Positions 8,752 to 17,857 of a DNA stretch of 64,000 bases are shown here, one piece after another. Position numbers and translations under genes: made by a program. Source of the DNA: an uncultured Clostridia bacterium (lineage in GTDB: Bacteria > Bacillota > Clostridia > TANB77 > CAG-508); contig CAKPRA010000008.1 in the NCBI GenBank assembly GCA_934180065.1, positions 344 to 64,343 on the forward strand. Direction: 5' to 3'. A model generated the notes under the pieces. The model saw only the letters and a program-made list of their open reading frames with translations. It did not search any database and had not been told where the DNA came from. How positions within the stretch are numbered: the stretch's first letter is position 1; each line of letters opens with the position of its first letter.

Positions 8752-10191
8752 TTATTTTTTGAATGCAATTATCTTTCCAGAATAATTATCATTATTAGAA
8801 GCGGAAGAGTTAGGGTTTAATAACATATTATCATCAGCTCTTTTAACCTTAGCTTTTTGAATTTCTTTCTCAACGAAAGAATCTAAAATATGTGCATATG
8901 TTTCCTGAAGTACTTCGACACTGGTTCCAACAAGAGCAGAGATTGCATAAATATTCATACCATTTTCGATTAGACGCGTAACACAAGTATGTTTAGTCAT
9001 ATGAGTATTACAACCATCTTTTAAATCCAATTTAATTCCAGCTTGGCGACAAATTCTTTTAAAAATACAATTAAAAGATGAATGCGAAATATAACCGCCG
9101 TCTTTTCTACAAAACAATAAATGCTCTGTATTATTAATATTGTTTTTAGATACTTCAAGTTGTTCGTTTAAGAAGTTTTCAAAATCATTCTCATCAAAAA
9201 GAATATCAAAAGGTATGAATCTAATATCCTTTTTTCCATATTTTCTTGCCTTTTTACCAGTTTTTGTATGTTTACCAACAATAATCTTATTTTCCTTGTT
9301 TTTAGTTAATGTTTTAGATACAATTACTTTCTTTCCAATAGTGTCAATATCTGTATCTCTATTTAAAGCACAGATTTCTCCAATTCTCATAGATGTAGCC
9401 AAAGCAAACTTTATTATATTTTTTACGGTCAGCGAATCAATTGCAGATTTGCTATTGCATACCAAAGTCGACTGATGCATATTAATGTAGTCTAATAATT
9501 GTTGCTCCTCGTCACTAGAAAAAGCTATAACATCTTTTTTATCCTTTAGGCTTATAAAAGTATTCCTCTTAATTTCATCAAATAATTCTTCAATCTCACA
9601 GCTTTTACAGGCACTTTTTAGTATATCATAGACCTTTTCAATTTGACTTTGGCTTGCTTCAATATCAACAAAATAGGTAAAAACAGATTTTATATCATCT
9701 TCTGTAAGTACACGCATCTTTTTAAATGCAATAGGATGTTTTTCGATTGCTGTAATAGTTGCAATATTTCTTATATAAGAGTTTTCTTCTGTAATATTAG
9801 AATTAAGTTTATTTTCCTCAATGTATCGCATTGTTTTAGAAAGAGTATAATCACCGTGTTTTATTTTATCCTTTTTTTGCAATTCTTCCGTTTTTTCTTC
9901 TTTTTTCAATTTAGCTTCTTTTTTATTTTTAGCACTACCAGTAGATTTTCGCTCTCCATTTAATGTTATTTGTGTTGCAGAAGTTTTGTAGCAATAAAAC
10001 CTATCACAATATTTTAGACAATCTGTACATTGCTTACATTTGTCGCATTTTATATATCCAGTTCTATTATCACATTTGCTTCTATCTAAACAAGCTTTAC
10101 AAGTAGAGCACTCTTCTGCTAAAAAAGAATCCCTTTTATTTCTTTTTATTGTTTCATAAATTGTTCCTTCGCCATTTGCACGTCGTTTCAT
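8752..10191 (-). CDS. int: Tyrosine recombinase/phage integrase with a Cys-rich N-terminal insertion
   Basis: True start MKRRANGEGTIY at 10191 (ggagg RBS). C-terminal catalytic region ...HMTKHTCVTRLIENG...LQETYAHIL (H-x-x-R ... Y). The listed 10329 start is an unlikely extension. Confidence 0.85.
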   Translation of the reverse strand: MKRRANGEGTIYETIKRNKRDSFLAEECSTCKACLDRSKCDNRTGYIKCDKCKQCTDCLKYCDRFYCYKTSATQITLNGERKSTGSAKNKKEAKLKKEEKTEELQKKDKIKHGDYTLSKTMRYIEENKLNSNITEENSYIRNIATITAIEKHPIAFKKMRVLTEDDIKSVFTYFVDIEASQSQIEKVYDILKSACKSCEIEELFDEIKRNTFISLKDKKDVIAFSSDEEQQLLDYINMHQSTLVCNSKSAIDSLTVKNIIKFALATSMRIGEICALNRDTDIDTIGKKVIVSKTLTKNKENKIIVGKHTKTGKKARKYGKKDIRFIPFDILFDENDFENFLNEQLEVSKNNINNTEHLLFCRKDGGYISHSSFNCIFKRICRQAGIKLDLKDGCNTHMTKHTCVTRLIENGMNIYAISALVGTSVEVLQETYAHILDSFVEKEIQKAKVKRADDNMLLNPNSSASNNDNYSGKIIAFKK

Positions 10192-10358
10192 AAAAAATAC
10201 CTCCATTTTCAAAAAAATATGTTTAATAAACACTTGAAAATAAAGGTATATATAGTTTATAATATATATATCAATACTTTCAAAAGTGTTGTGATTCGGA
10301 TATTGTGTTGAGCCGCGAAACTTATTCACAATGTCCTTTTTTGTTTTTATTAAGTTTT

Positions 10359-11030
10359 TTATTCAATTGGCACCATCTTAAAAGATGAATTTGCTTCTAT
10401 ATGTTCTCCTGATTGGAATGTATATAAATATTCTGAAACTCTATAACTTCCATTTCCCAATATTATATTAACTCTTAAAGAGCCACTAGAAGAATAAACA
10501 AAGAAATTACTTGATCCACCATATATTTTATATCTACCTGGTTCAAAGTCTTTACCAGCAGTTAAGAAACCAGCCGGATATGTTTTTTCTGTACCTTTTA
10601 AGGTTATTATATCTTTGTTTAATTTTTCAACTTGGGTTTCTAAATTAGATTTATTGGTTTCTAACTCATTTATTTTAGATTTTAGTTCAGTTTGATATTT
10701 TTCTTGAGTTGTTTCTTGATATTTATTATTCAATTCATCGTATTTACTGTTTAAAGAATTATATTTATCTGATAATGTTTTTTTGGCGGATGCTAAATTT
10801 GCGTATTTAGTATTCAATTCTTTATAATTTGCTTGAGAATTGTCATAATCTTCAGATAATTTATTGTAAGAAGAATGTTTTGATATATATAAAGATATAA
10901 TTATTATATTTAAAATAATTGATATAGTAATTATTCCTAGAATTACTTGTACAAAACGGTATTTTTTTATAACTTCAAATATATTTAAATTTTTAATAGC
11001 AAGTAATTTGTTATTTTTGTTTAATTCCAT
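10359..11030 (-). CDS. Membrane-anchored coiled-coil protein of the lysogeny operon (function unknown)
   Basis: ATG at 11030 after ggagg (the listed 11042 start is a TTG inside the RBS). One TM (VILGIITISIILNIIIISLYI), long coiled coil, beta-rich C-terminus. Lies between the repressor and int on the same strand. Confidence 0.6.
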   Translation of the reverse strand: MELNKNNKLLAIKNLNIFEVIKKYRFVQVILGIITISIILNIIIISLYISKHSSYNKLSEDYDNSQANYKELNTKYANLASAKKTLSDKYNSLNSKYDELNNKYQETTQEKYQTELKSKINELETNKSNLETQVEKLNKDIITLKGTEKTYPAGFLTAGKDFEPGRYKIYGGSSNFFVYSSSGSLRVNIILGNGSYRVSEYLYTFQSGEHIEANSSFKMVPIE

Positions 11031-11045
11031 TTTTTCCTCCAATCA

Positions 11046-11382
11046 TTACACTGTTTTATTAGAATGTGACATATTTTTCTTTTTATTTTTTAAGAACTCA
11101 ATAAATCTATTAAGCTCTTCAATATCTTTTTCATCAAGACCGTTAGTATCTAAGTTATTATTAGATATACTATTAAAATCAAAGAAATAGTTACCATCTT
11201 TTCCAAGAATATCACATAAGGCGGATATAGTATCTGCATCAGGTTTGTTTAAACCTTTTTCCCAATTTGCAATAGCAGTATTACTAGTTTTAAATCCGTT
11301 TCTCTGTCAGTTTTTCTGCGAGTATTTTTTGAGTCATTTTCTTTTCAAGTCTTGCATCTTTTATTCTACTATTCAAAAACAT
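11046..11382 (-). pseudogene. cI-like XRE-family repressor interrupted by a 1-nt frameshift
   Basis: ATG 11382 (ggaggtgg RBS) gives MFLNSRIKDARLEKKMTQKILAEKLTEKRI*. The next frame continues GFKTSNTAIANWEKGLNKPDADTISALCDILG... to TAA at 11046-11048. Together they form one HTH_3 domain. Confidence 0.7.
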
Positions 11383-11439
11383 AGTTTTCCACCTCCGTTA
11401 ACAGAATATCACATTGAAAAAGAAATGTAAATAAAAAAA

Positions 11440-11527
11440 TTCAGAAAAACTGAAAAAAATAGTAAAAAAGGTATTGACATTTCAGAAATAATGGAATATA
11501 TTTAAAAAGACTTCAGAAAATCTGAAG
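11440..11527. promoter_or_regulatory. Genetic-switch region: palindromic operators and rightward promoter
   Basis: ttcagaaaaactgaa (11440-11454), half-site tttcagaaat (11480-11489), cttcagaaaatctgaag (11511-11527). TTGACA(11474)-17 nt-TATATT(11497). Confidence 0.6.
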
Positions 11528-11542
11528 AGAAAGGAGGGCAAT

Positions 11543-11746
11543 ATGAGTGTTGGGGAAAAAATAAAGTTATATTTAGTTCAAAATAATATACATCAATATT
11601 GGCTATCGGAACAAGCAAAAATTGCATTACCAAAATTGAATGCATCATTAAATAGTAAAAGAAAATTAAGTGCAGATGAGTTTGAGGATATTGTGATAGC
11701 CTTAAAAGTAGATGCAAATTTGTTTTTAAGCAAAAAATATCCTTAA
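11543..11746 (+). CDS. Cro/antirepressor-like small HTH protein
   Basis: 67 aa, RBS aaaggaggg, divergent from the repressor, HTH-like WLSEQAKIALPKLNASLN. Confidence 0.55.
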   Translation: MSVGEKIKLYLVQNNIHQYWLSEQAKIALPKLNASLNSKRKLSADEFEDIVIALKVDANLFLSKKYP

Positions 11747-11792
11747 AATAAAATCGAAAATCGCGGCTCAACACAAATAGAGGAGGGATACT

Positions 11793-12095
11793 ATGAATAT
11801 AAAAAAAACAGCAACACTTAAATGGGAAGATGCACCAGATACGATCACACCAGAAATTTATGCACAAATAAGAGGTATAAGTGTACAGAGTGCAAGAGAT
11901 GAATTTAATACAAAGGAATTTCCAATTTTAACGAGTGGAGGATCTAAACTAATTGCAGATAAAACAGCTATATACATGTATGAATTAGGTTTAAATCCTA
12001 AAAGCAATACAAAGCAATGTGTAGAATACTTAATATTATTAGAGCTAAAAAAATTTAACGAGAAATTTAATAATATTAAGTCGGAAAGTATTTAA
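11793..12095 (+). CDS. Hypothetical DNA-binding protein (excisionase-like HTH?)
   Basis: RBS gaggaggg. ITPEIYAQIRGISVQSARDEFNTKEFPIL...GSKLIADKTAIYMY resembles Xis/MerR-type HTH_17. Confidence 0.4.
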   Translation: MNIKKTATLKWEDAPDTITPEIYAQIRGISVQSARDEFNTKEFPILTSGGSKLIADKTAIYMYELGLNPKSNTKQCVEYLILLELKKFNEKFNNIKSESI

Positions 12096-12408
12096 TTTCA
12101 AAATAGATTAATTCTTAAATGTTCCAATATATGTTGGCACTAAAGAAATTAAAAAATACAAAAGTAAAGAAGGGAAAAAATGAGAATTAAAACATTTATA
12201 AAAACTATAGCGATAAATCATAGATTTTCAAAAATGAAAAATACATCATTGAAAATGCAACAGAATTTAAAAATGTTAAAAAGACAAAATAATAGAACTA
12301 GTTGACCGGAAAAATCTGCCTAGTTCTAAAGAATACAAATAAAGATAAATAAGCATTCTCAGTAACTATATTAGCATAGTTACTGAGAATATGCAAGAGG
12401 AGAAACGT

Positions 12409-12963
12409 ATGAATATTAGTAAACAACTTGAAAAATTTTATTTAACTTTAGACATTAATACAATTTCTACAAATGCAATTGCTCTATATACAATTTTAGT
12501 GCAACTTGCAAAGTTAGCAAATAATTTTAATGAATTTAAAGTTACAAATACAATTTTGAAAAGCAAAACAAGACTAAATACTTCAGCATTGCAAAGAGCA
12601 AGAAATGAATTAATAACAAATAATTTTATTACATACAAAAAAGGAACAAATCAAATTGATGCTTCTAAATACGGAATAATAGATTTAACTGATAATAGCG
12701 AACAAACACAAGAAAATATAGAAAATCAAAACACCGAACAAACAACAGAAAATCTTAATATTGTTGAAGTTGAACAAGCGAACGCACAACCAAACGAACA
12801 ACCGAACGCACAAGCGAACATAACTCCTATATATATTAATAATATTATCACTACACTAAACTTATTATTTAATTATATTAATAAAGGGGATGCACAAAAA
12901 TTTTCAAAAGAGGATTTACAGGAAATAGGTGTAACACAAAAAGAAAAGAAACGGAATAATTAA
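12409..12963 (+). CDS. Replication-organiser-like protein (N-terminal winged helix) with internal iteron-like repeats
   Basis: ATG 12409 after agaggag. Position in the early operon. The Q/N/E-rich central part is encoded by repeated (g/c)cgaaca units. Confidence 0.45.
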   Translation: MNISKQLEKFYLTLDINTISTNAIALYTILVQLAKLANNFNEFKVTNTILKSKTRLNTSALQRARNELITNNFITYKKGTNQIDASKYGIIDLTDNSEQTQENIENQNTEQTTENLNIVEVEQANAQPNEQPNAQANITPIYINNIITTLNLLFNYINKGDAQKFSKEDLQEIGVTQKEKKRNN

Positions 12964-12976
12964 TTATTTAAAGCGT

Positions 12977-13228
12977 TTGGATGTTTATGTTCAAGACACA
13001 AAAATTTTGCAATATATGAACCAGGAGCAAATCCTAAATCTAAAAATAAAATACTGGGTAATAAAAGAGCTGTATTTAAGTCCACATACACGATTATTAA
13101 ACAAATTGACAAAAGAGAAATTTGATTTTAGATTTTTAAAGGCTAGAAAATATAAAGAGCTAACAAATTTGGAAGAGTTTACGGCATATTTTATAAAGTG
13201 TTTGCAAAATGAATTAGAAGCGGCATGA
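12977..13228 (+). CDS. Hypothetical phage protein (start uncertain; ATG at 13016 possible)
   Basis: ORF in the early operon only. Confidence 0.35.
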   Translation: MDVYVQDTKILQYMNQEQILNLKIKYWVIKELYLSPHTRLLNKLTKEKFDFRFLKARKYKELTNLEEFTAYFIKCLQNELEAA

Positions 13229-13240
13229 AAGTGAGGAAAT

Positions 13241-13549
13241 ATGGCAACAGACAAACGAATTATAAACAGATTTTATGAATTATATAGCAGGAACAGAATT
13301 GAGGTAAAAATACAATATGCAGATCAATCAGATAATCAAATTTCTAGTAGATTATCGAATGTGACAAAAAAGGTTTTGTATAAATACTACAATTGCGATT
13401 ATTGTAATGCAAGAATAGTAATAAACGGAAGAAGAGATGGCATTGTAATTTTACCACGTACATTGACAAAAAGAACACCACTTAAATTAGCATTATGCAA
13501 TAAGTGTATAGGTTTTGTAGTAAAAGAATTTGAGGAGGAATACAAATGA
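13241..13549 (+). CDS. Hypothetical zinc-ribbon protein
   Basis: CDYC...CNKC pairs; RBS gtgagga. Confidence 0.45.
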   Translation: MATDKRIINRFYELYSRNRIEVKIQYADQSDNQISSRLSNVTKKVLYKYYNCDYCNARIVINGRRDGIVILPRTLTKRTPLKLALCNKCIGFVVKEFEEEYK

Positions 13550-13959
13550 AAAGTTACACATTTGAAGTAACAGGAGAGATTGTTGGTAAAGCCAGACCAC
13601 GAATGAATACATACACTGGAAAAGCATATACACCGACAAAGACAAAAAATTATGAATATTTAGTAAAACAAAGCTTTTTACTAAAATATCCAAATGCAGA
13701 GGTACTTGAAGGAAGAGCAAGTGTTAGTATTTTAGCTTTATTTCAAGTTCCAAAAAGTACAAGCAAAAAGAATTCTGAAAAGATGCTTAACAAACAAATA
13801 AGTCCAACCAAAAAGCCAGATATAGATAATATAGCAAAAATAGTATTAGATGCACTTAATAAATTAGCATACAAAGATGATACACAAGTTGTAGATTTAA
13901 ACATTGCAAAAGCATATGCAGATAGAGAGCGTTTAATAATTAAAATCGAGGAATTTTAA
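13546..13959 (+). CDS. rusA: RusA-family Holliday junction resolvase
   Basis: GKARPR...KPDIDNIAKIVLDALNKLAYKDDTQV signature. ATGA overlap with the upstream gene. Confidence 0.8.
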   Translation: MKSYTFEVTGEIVGKARPRMNTYTGKAYTPTKTKNYEYLVKQSFLLKYPNAEVLEGRASVSILALFQVPKSTSKKNSEKMLNKQISPTKKPDIDNIAKIVLDALNKLAYKDDTQVVDLNIAKAYADRERLIIKIEEF

Positions 13960-13986
13960 GAAAAATTCAGAAGCGGAGGAAAAGAA

Positions 13987-14340
13987 ATGAAGAATCTAAA
14001 GAAAATGGTTATAAATATAATTGCTATATTACTAATAGCAATATATGCAATAAAAGGATTTGCATATAAGATAAGGGGATACAAAAGACTTGATAATATA
14101 AAAATTCCCAAAACACTAACAAGACCACGAGAACAACAACTAAATTATTGGAGGGGATTTTATAGATATTTTAAATTTTTACCAGATGTTTTAATAAATC
14201 AACATAACTATTTAATAAGAGGTTGGGATATTTACATAGTAGCATATGAATTAAATTTAGATTATATAAAGGTTAAAAAGGTAAAAAGAAAATTAAAAAT
14301 AAACAATAACAAAGAAAAGAGGGAAGCAATATGCCAATAG
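13987..14340 (+). CDS. Hypothetical membrane-anchored phage protein
   Basis: N-terminal TM INIIAILLIAIYAI; RBS gcggagga. Confidence 0.45.
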   Translation: MKNLKKMVINIIAILLIAIYAIKGFAYKIRGYKRLDNIKIPKTLTRPREQQLNYWRGFYRYFKFLPDVLINQHNYLIRGWDIYIVAYELNLDYIKVKKVKRKLKINNNKEKREAICQ

Positions 14341-14447
14341 AGTTTATAGTGGGTTTTATATTGGGAACAGCAACAGGTTTAATACTAACGTGTTTAGTTG
14401 TGGTTAGTTCAAGAGAAAAAGATAAAAATGATTTTAACAGGAAATGA
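14331..14447 (+). CDS. Small hydrophobic protein (38 aa)
   Basis: Not in the ORF track. ATG 14331 after aagaggga. MPIEFIVGFILGTATGLILTCLVVVSSREKDKNDFNRK. Confidence 0.4.
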   Translation: MPIEFIVGFILGTATGLILTCLVVVSSREKDKNDFNRK

Positions 14448-14471
14448 AAAATATTTTGAGGGGGGCTTTTA

Positions 14472-14804
14472 GTGAAAGAAAATAAGGTTTATTGTGCAGA
14501 AGGCGACCCAGATTATGGGTGCATATTTATTGCAGCTAAAACAAGTAAGGAAGCTAAAAACATTGCAATGAGTAGTTGGGTAACTGAACATTTGGACAAT
14601 CCGTACATAGAGTTAAGAGTAACAAGATGTTGGAACATAAAAGAAACAAATTATAGTGGAATATTAGATATTTACCAAATAAATGAATTAGGATTAATTT
14701 GGTGGTCGTGCCCAAAATGTGACAATGAAAAATTTGAGATATTAGATACACAAACATATAAATGTAAAAAATGTGGGAAGATAAACTCAATACCATATGT
14801 TTAG
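14472..14804 (+). CDS. Hypothetical zinc-ribbon protein
   Basis: CPKC...CKKC; GTG start after gagggggg. Confidence 0.45.
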   Translation: MKENKVYCAEGDPDYGCIFIAAKTSKEAKNIAMSSWVTEHLDNPYIELRVTRCWNIKETNYSGILDIYQINELGLIWWSCPKCDNEKFEILDTQTYKCKKCGKINSIPYV

Positions 14805-14815
14805 GAGGTGTTTTA

Positions 14816-15052
14816 GTGAACAAAAATAATGTAGAAGATATAAAAATAATAAATAGTGAATATAGATTATGTATAGTAAAGAAAAAAAGAGCATTATTTC
14901 ATAAATGGGTACATACAAAAAACTTATTGGGACAAGAATTCGAAGTAGGAATAGTAGAATATGAAAATGGACAAGTAGAGGAAGTAACTCCAAACAATAT
15001 AAAATTTTGTGATGATAAATTAAAAGAATATTGTTTTATAAAGGAGGACTAA
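14816..15052 (+). CDS. Hypothetical phage protein
   Basis: GTG 14816 after aggaggtg. The listed 14771 start overlaps the previous gene. Confidence 0.45.
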   Translation: MNKNNVEDIKIINSEYRLCIVKKKRALFHKWVHTKNLLGQEFEVGIVEYENGQVEEVTPNNIKFCDDKLKEYCFIKED

Positions 15053-15055
15053 TCA

Positions 15056-15280
15056 ATGGCTGAAACAAAAAGATATAAAGTTATATGTTGCAATTGTAAT
15101 AAAGAAATATATGCAACAAAATCAATATTTCATGAAATGGGAATGTTTGATTTAGGACGAGGAAGGTGTTTGCATTGCAATACAAGTTTACAATTAATAT
15201 ATGAGCCGGAAACAGACACGATGAACTCAAGATTATATGATGATTTCATAAAAGAAAGACAAAGCAAAATGAAAAATTAA
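15056..15280 (+). CDS. Hypothetical zinc-ribbon protein
   Basis: CCNCN...CLHCN. Confidence 0.45.
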   Translation: MAETKRYKVICCNCNKEIYATKSIFHEMGMFDLGRGRCLHCNTSLQLIYEPETDTMNSRLYDDFIKERQSKMKN

Positions 15281-15302
15281 ATTTATATGGAGGTACTAAA
15301 AG

Positions 15303-15593
15303 ATGAAGTGTACAGGAAAAGAATGGGATACTTGCAGAGTTGAAAAAATGGGATGCAAAGGATGTTATTATGATGAAAAAGAATTTGTAACATTCACAAA
15401 AGATGAAGAAGCGATAAATGTATATTTTGTAAAAGATGGTATAAAAGTTGCAGATATTTTAATGGGAGTAGCAGCAACAATAAAAATTATTATGGAAGAA
15501 ACCGGAAAAGACAAAGAAACAGTATTAAAAGTAGTTAATGAAATGATTGATGAAGCCAATAAAAAGAAAAAGGGGAAAAATAATGAAAAATGA
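15303..15593 (+). CDS. Hypothetical phage protein
   Basis: RBS tggaggt; ORF in the operon. Confidence 0.45.
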   Translation: MKCTGKEWDTCRVEKMGCKGCYYDEKEFVTFTKDEEAINVYFVKDGIKVADILMGVAATIKIIMEETGKDKETVLKVVNEMIDEANKKKKGKNNEK

Positions 15594-15755
15594 TAAAGTA
15601 GAAAATATAAAACAAGCAATTGTATATATTAATTAAAGAGGAGGTTTTAAGTAAAAAAATAGTATAAAGATAATAAAGGAAAAAATAAAAGTATTAGATT
15701 TACACATACAAAGCTACAAGAATTATTAGGATTATAAAAATTTTAGGAGGTACAT

Positions 15756-16247
15756 ATGAGAAAAGAAGAACTTGTTGATTTATTAAAAGGCTATAAAGAA
15801 AATATAGCAAAATTAAAATTGAGAAAGTTAGAAAAGAAAAAGTGCGAAAAAAGATTAAAGCAATACAAACGATTAGAAAGTAATACAACTGCTATATTAG
15901 GAATTAACTGTGATATACATAGCAAAAACAAAATTAGTAATAAAACAGAAAAAACTGTAATTGATACAATTGAATTAAATGAAAAAGAAAAAAGAGAAGC
16001 GGAACAGAGAATTAAAGAGTTAATTACAGAAATTGAAGTATTAGAAGAAAAAGTAAAACAAACTTCAATAAGACTTTCAGCATTACAATATAAAGAAAAA
16101 GAGATATTATATGCGTATTACATTGAAAACCGAACATATGAAGATATTGGAAATAATTTATATTTTAGTTTATTTAATCAAACAAGAGAGATAAGAGCAA
16201 TAAAGACTATAGTGAAAAATGCAACAAATAAAATGCTAAAATTATAA
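15756..16247 (+). CDS. ArpU/sigma-70 region-4-like late transcription regulator
   Basis: LSALQYKEKEILYAYYIENRTYEDIGNNLYFSLFNQTREIRAIKTIVKNATNKM resembles sigma region 4. Sits immediately before the packaging module. Confidence 0.6.
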   Translation: MRKEELVDLLKGYKENIAKLKLRKLEKKKCEKRLKQYKRLESNTTAILGINCDIHSKNKISNKTEKTVIDTIELNEKEKREAEQRIKELITEIEVLEEKVKQTSIRLSALQYKEKEILYAYYIENRTYEDIGNNLYFSLFNQTREIRAIKTIVKNATNKMLKL

Positions 16248-16520
16248 AGTGTCCCAAAAATGCACCAAAATGACATTGTTTTTGCAAAAAACATTGTATT
16301 ATAATTATAATTGCAAGAACTAGATAAGTTTATTACATAATAATAAAAACTGTCTAGGTAAATAAAAAAGAGCTAGTTTAAAAGATATGACTAGCTTTTA
16401 TTTATAGCCATCAACGATACTAGATAGGTTGATATAAAAATCCATTATAAGACTCCTAAAATATTTTATTTAAGACGATTCTAGTTAAGTCTTAAATAAT
16501 ATAAAAAGGAAGATAAAGAT

Positions 16521-16886
16521 ATGAAAAAGAGAAGAGCAAGAAGAAAGTATTATAATTGGGAAGCGGAAATTGCTAAAGGAAATACAGACAAGTTTTATCA
16601 TTCGACGGATTTTCAAATTGCAAGAGAAAAGGTTTTAGAAAGAGATAAGCATAAATGTCAGTTTTATTTAGGAAAATGGAATGATGGCAAACATTTCCCA
16701 GATAAAATAAAAATAGTAAATGCTAATACAGTACATCACATTGTTCCAATAAAACAACGACCAGATTTGGCTCTTAACATAGACAATATGGTAAGCCTGA
16801 GTTTTGAAGCACACGAAATAATTGAAGACAGACATAGATGGACATGGAGAAAGAAAAAGAAACCATTAACAGAAGAGAGGTGGTAA
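16521..16886 (+). CDS. HNH endonuclease (packaging-associated)
   Basis: HKCQ...NTVHHIVPIK...NMVSLSFEAHEIIE. Typical position upstream of terminase in cos phages. Confidence 0.8.
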   Translation: MKKRRARRKYYNWEAEIAKGNTDKFYHSTDFQIAREKVLERDKHKCQFYLGKWNDGKHFPDKIKIVNANTVHHIVPIKQRPDLALNIDNMVSLSFEAHEIIEDRHRWTWRKKKKPLTEERW

Positions 16887-16889
16887 GAT

Positions 16890-17330
16890 TTGAAACTAGA
16901 ACATTTATTAAAAGCATATAAACTAAATAATATAAATGCAGAAATAAAAGATATGAATAATGAAATTGAAAGAGCAGGAGTAATAACATTTACAAATGGA
17001 ATATCAGCAAGCTATCTATTGGATAATGAAGATATAGTAATAGCTATGAAGATATTCTTTAATTGTTTAGTACCAGACAATAAAGGGAAATTAACAGTAA
17101 TAAATCAAATTGAACATACAAAAAAAATAATAACAATAATACAAAAAACAATGATGCTATTATCAAATATTCCACAAAAAGAAGCTAATATGATACTAGA
17201 GCATTTAGGATTATTTGATAATACATTTGGAAGCGGAAAGCAAATAAAACATTTAGAACATGAATATAGAATAGAAACTATAGATGGACTATTATGTTTT
17301 ACTGTAAATGAAGTAGTTGAAAAGAGGTAG
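16890..17330 (+). CDS. Hypothetical phage protein
   Basis: ORF only. Confidence 0.45.
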   Translation: MKLEHLLKAYKLNNINAEIKDMNNEIERAGVITFTNGISASYLLDNEDIVIAMKIFFNCLVPDNKGKLTVINQIEHTKKIITIIQKTMMLLSNIPQKEANMILEHLGLFDNTFGSGKQIKHLEHEYRIETIDGLLCFTVNEVVEKR

Positions 17331-17335
17331 AGAAG

Positions 17336-17857
17336 ATGAGGAAAGATAGTTATATAGAAACAAAGAGAAGATTAAGTAGATGCTTTGATATTAAAAATAT
17401 GAGTGATAAAGAAATAATTGAAGTATTAGATAATGAAATTAAACAATATAGAGAAAGAATAGAGCAATTACAAGAACAGGTAAAAGAATTATATAATAGA
17501 GAAATAAAGAGTGAAACTATAACATTAGATACTACAGAAGAAGATTTAGTAGATAAAGATATATTAGAAATAATATCAACTACACAATATGCAGATGGAA
17601 AGCTAATACAATCTAAAATGGAATATAAATATAAAGATACTTCGAATAACATGATGAATAACAAGAATAAAAATGCAAAAGAATTAAAAGCAATATATCA
17701 TGCAGAGATATATGAAACCAATGACGGTGCTATAGATATTCTGTATGAGTGTAACAAAGATTGTATAGAATGTAATAAAAAGAATTGTATTCCAGAGTAT
17801 TGTACATACACATTAAATAAAAAATATGCAAAAAATTATTATAATAAAGAAAGCTGA
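17336..17857 (+). CDS. Hypothetical phage protein (coiled coil + Cys-rich C-terminus)
   Basis: ORF; CNKDCIECNKKNCIPEYC. Confidence 0.45.
   Translation: MRKDSYIETKRRLSRCFDIKNMSDKEIIEVLDNEIKQYRERIEQLQEQVKELYNREIKSETITLDTTEEDLVDKDILEIISTTQYADGKLIQSKMEYKYKDTSNNMMNNKNKNAKELKAIYHAEIYETNDGAIDILYECNKDCIECNKKNCIPEYCTYTLNKKYAKNYYNKES

Noticed and set aside
10192-10329. N-terminal extension of the integrase (listed ORF start 10329)
   Set aside because: The ATG at 10191 has a ggagg RBS and begins the canonical MKRRANGEG integrase N-terminus. The upstream part is low-complexity AT-rich read-through.
11245-11430. 61-aa plus-strand ORF in the switch region
   Set aside because: It overlaps the minus-strand cI-like repressor, whose HTH is clearly recognisable. 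It has no RBS.
12180-12305. 41-aa basic ORF (MRIKTFIKTIAINHRF…) with an RBS-like aaggg and a following 8-bp hairpin
   Set aside because: It is too short and too low in complexity to support as a gene from sequence alone. It may simply be spacer between early-operon genes.
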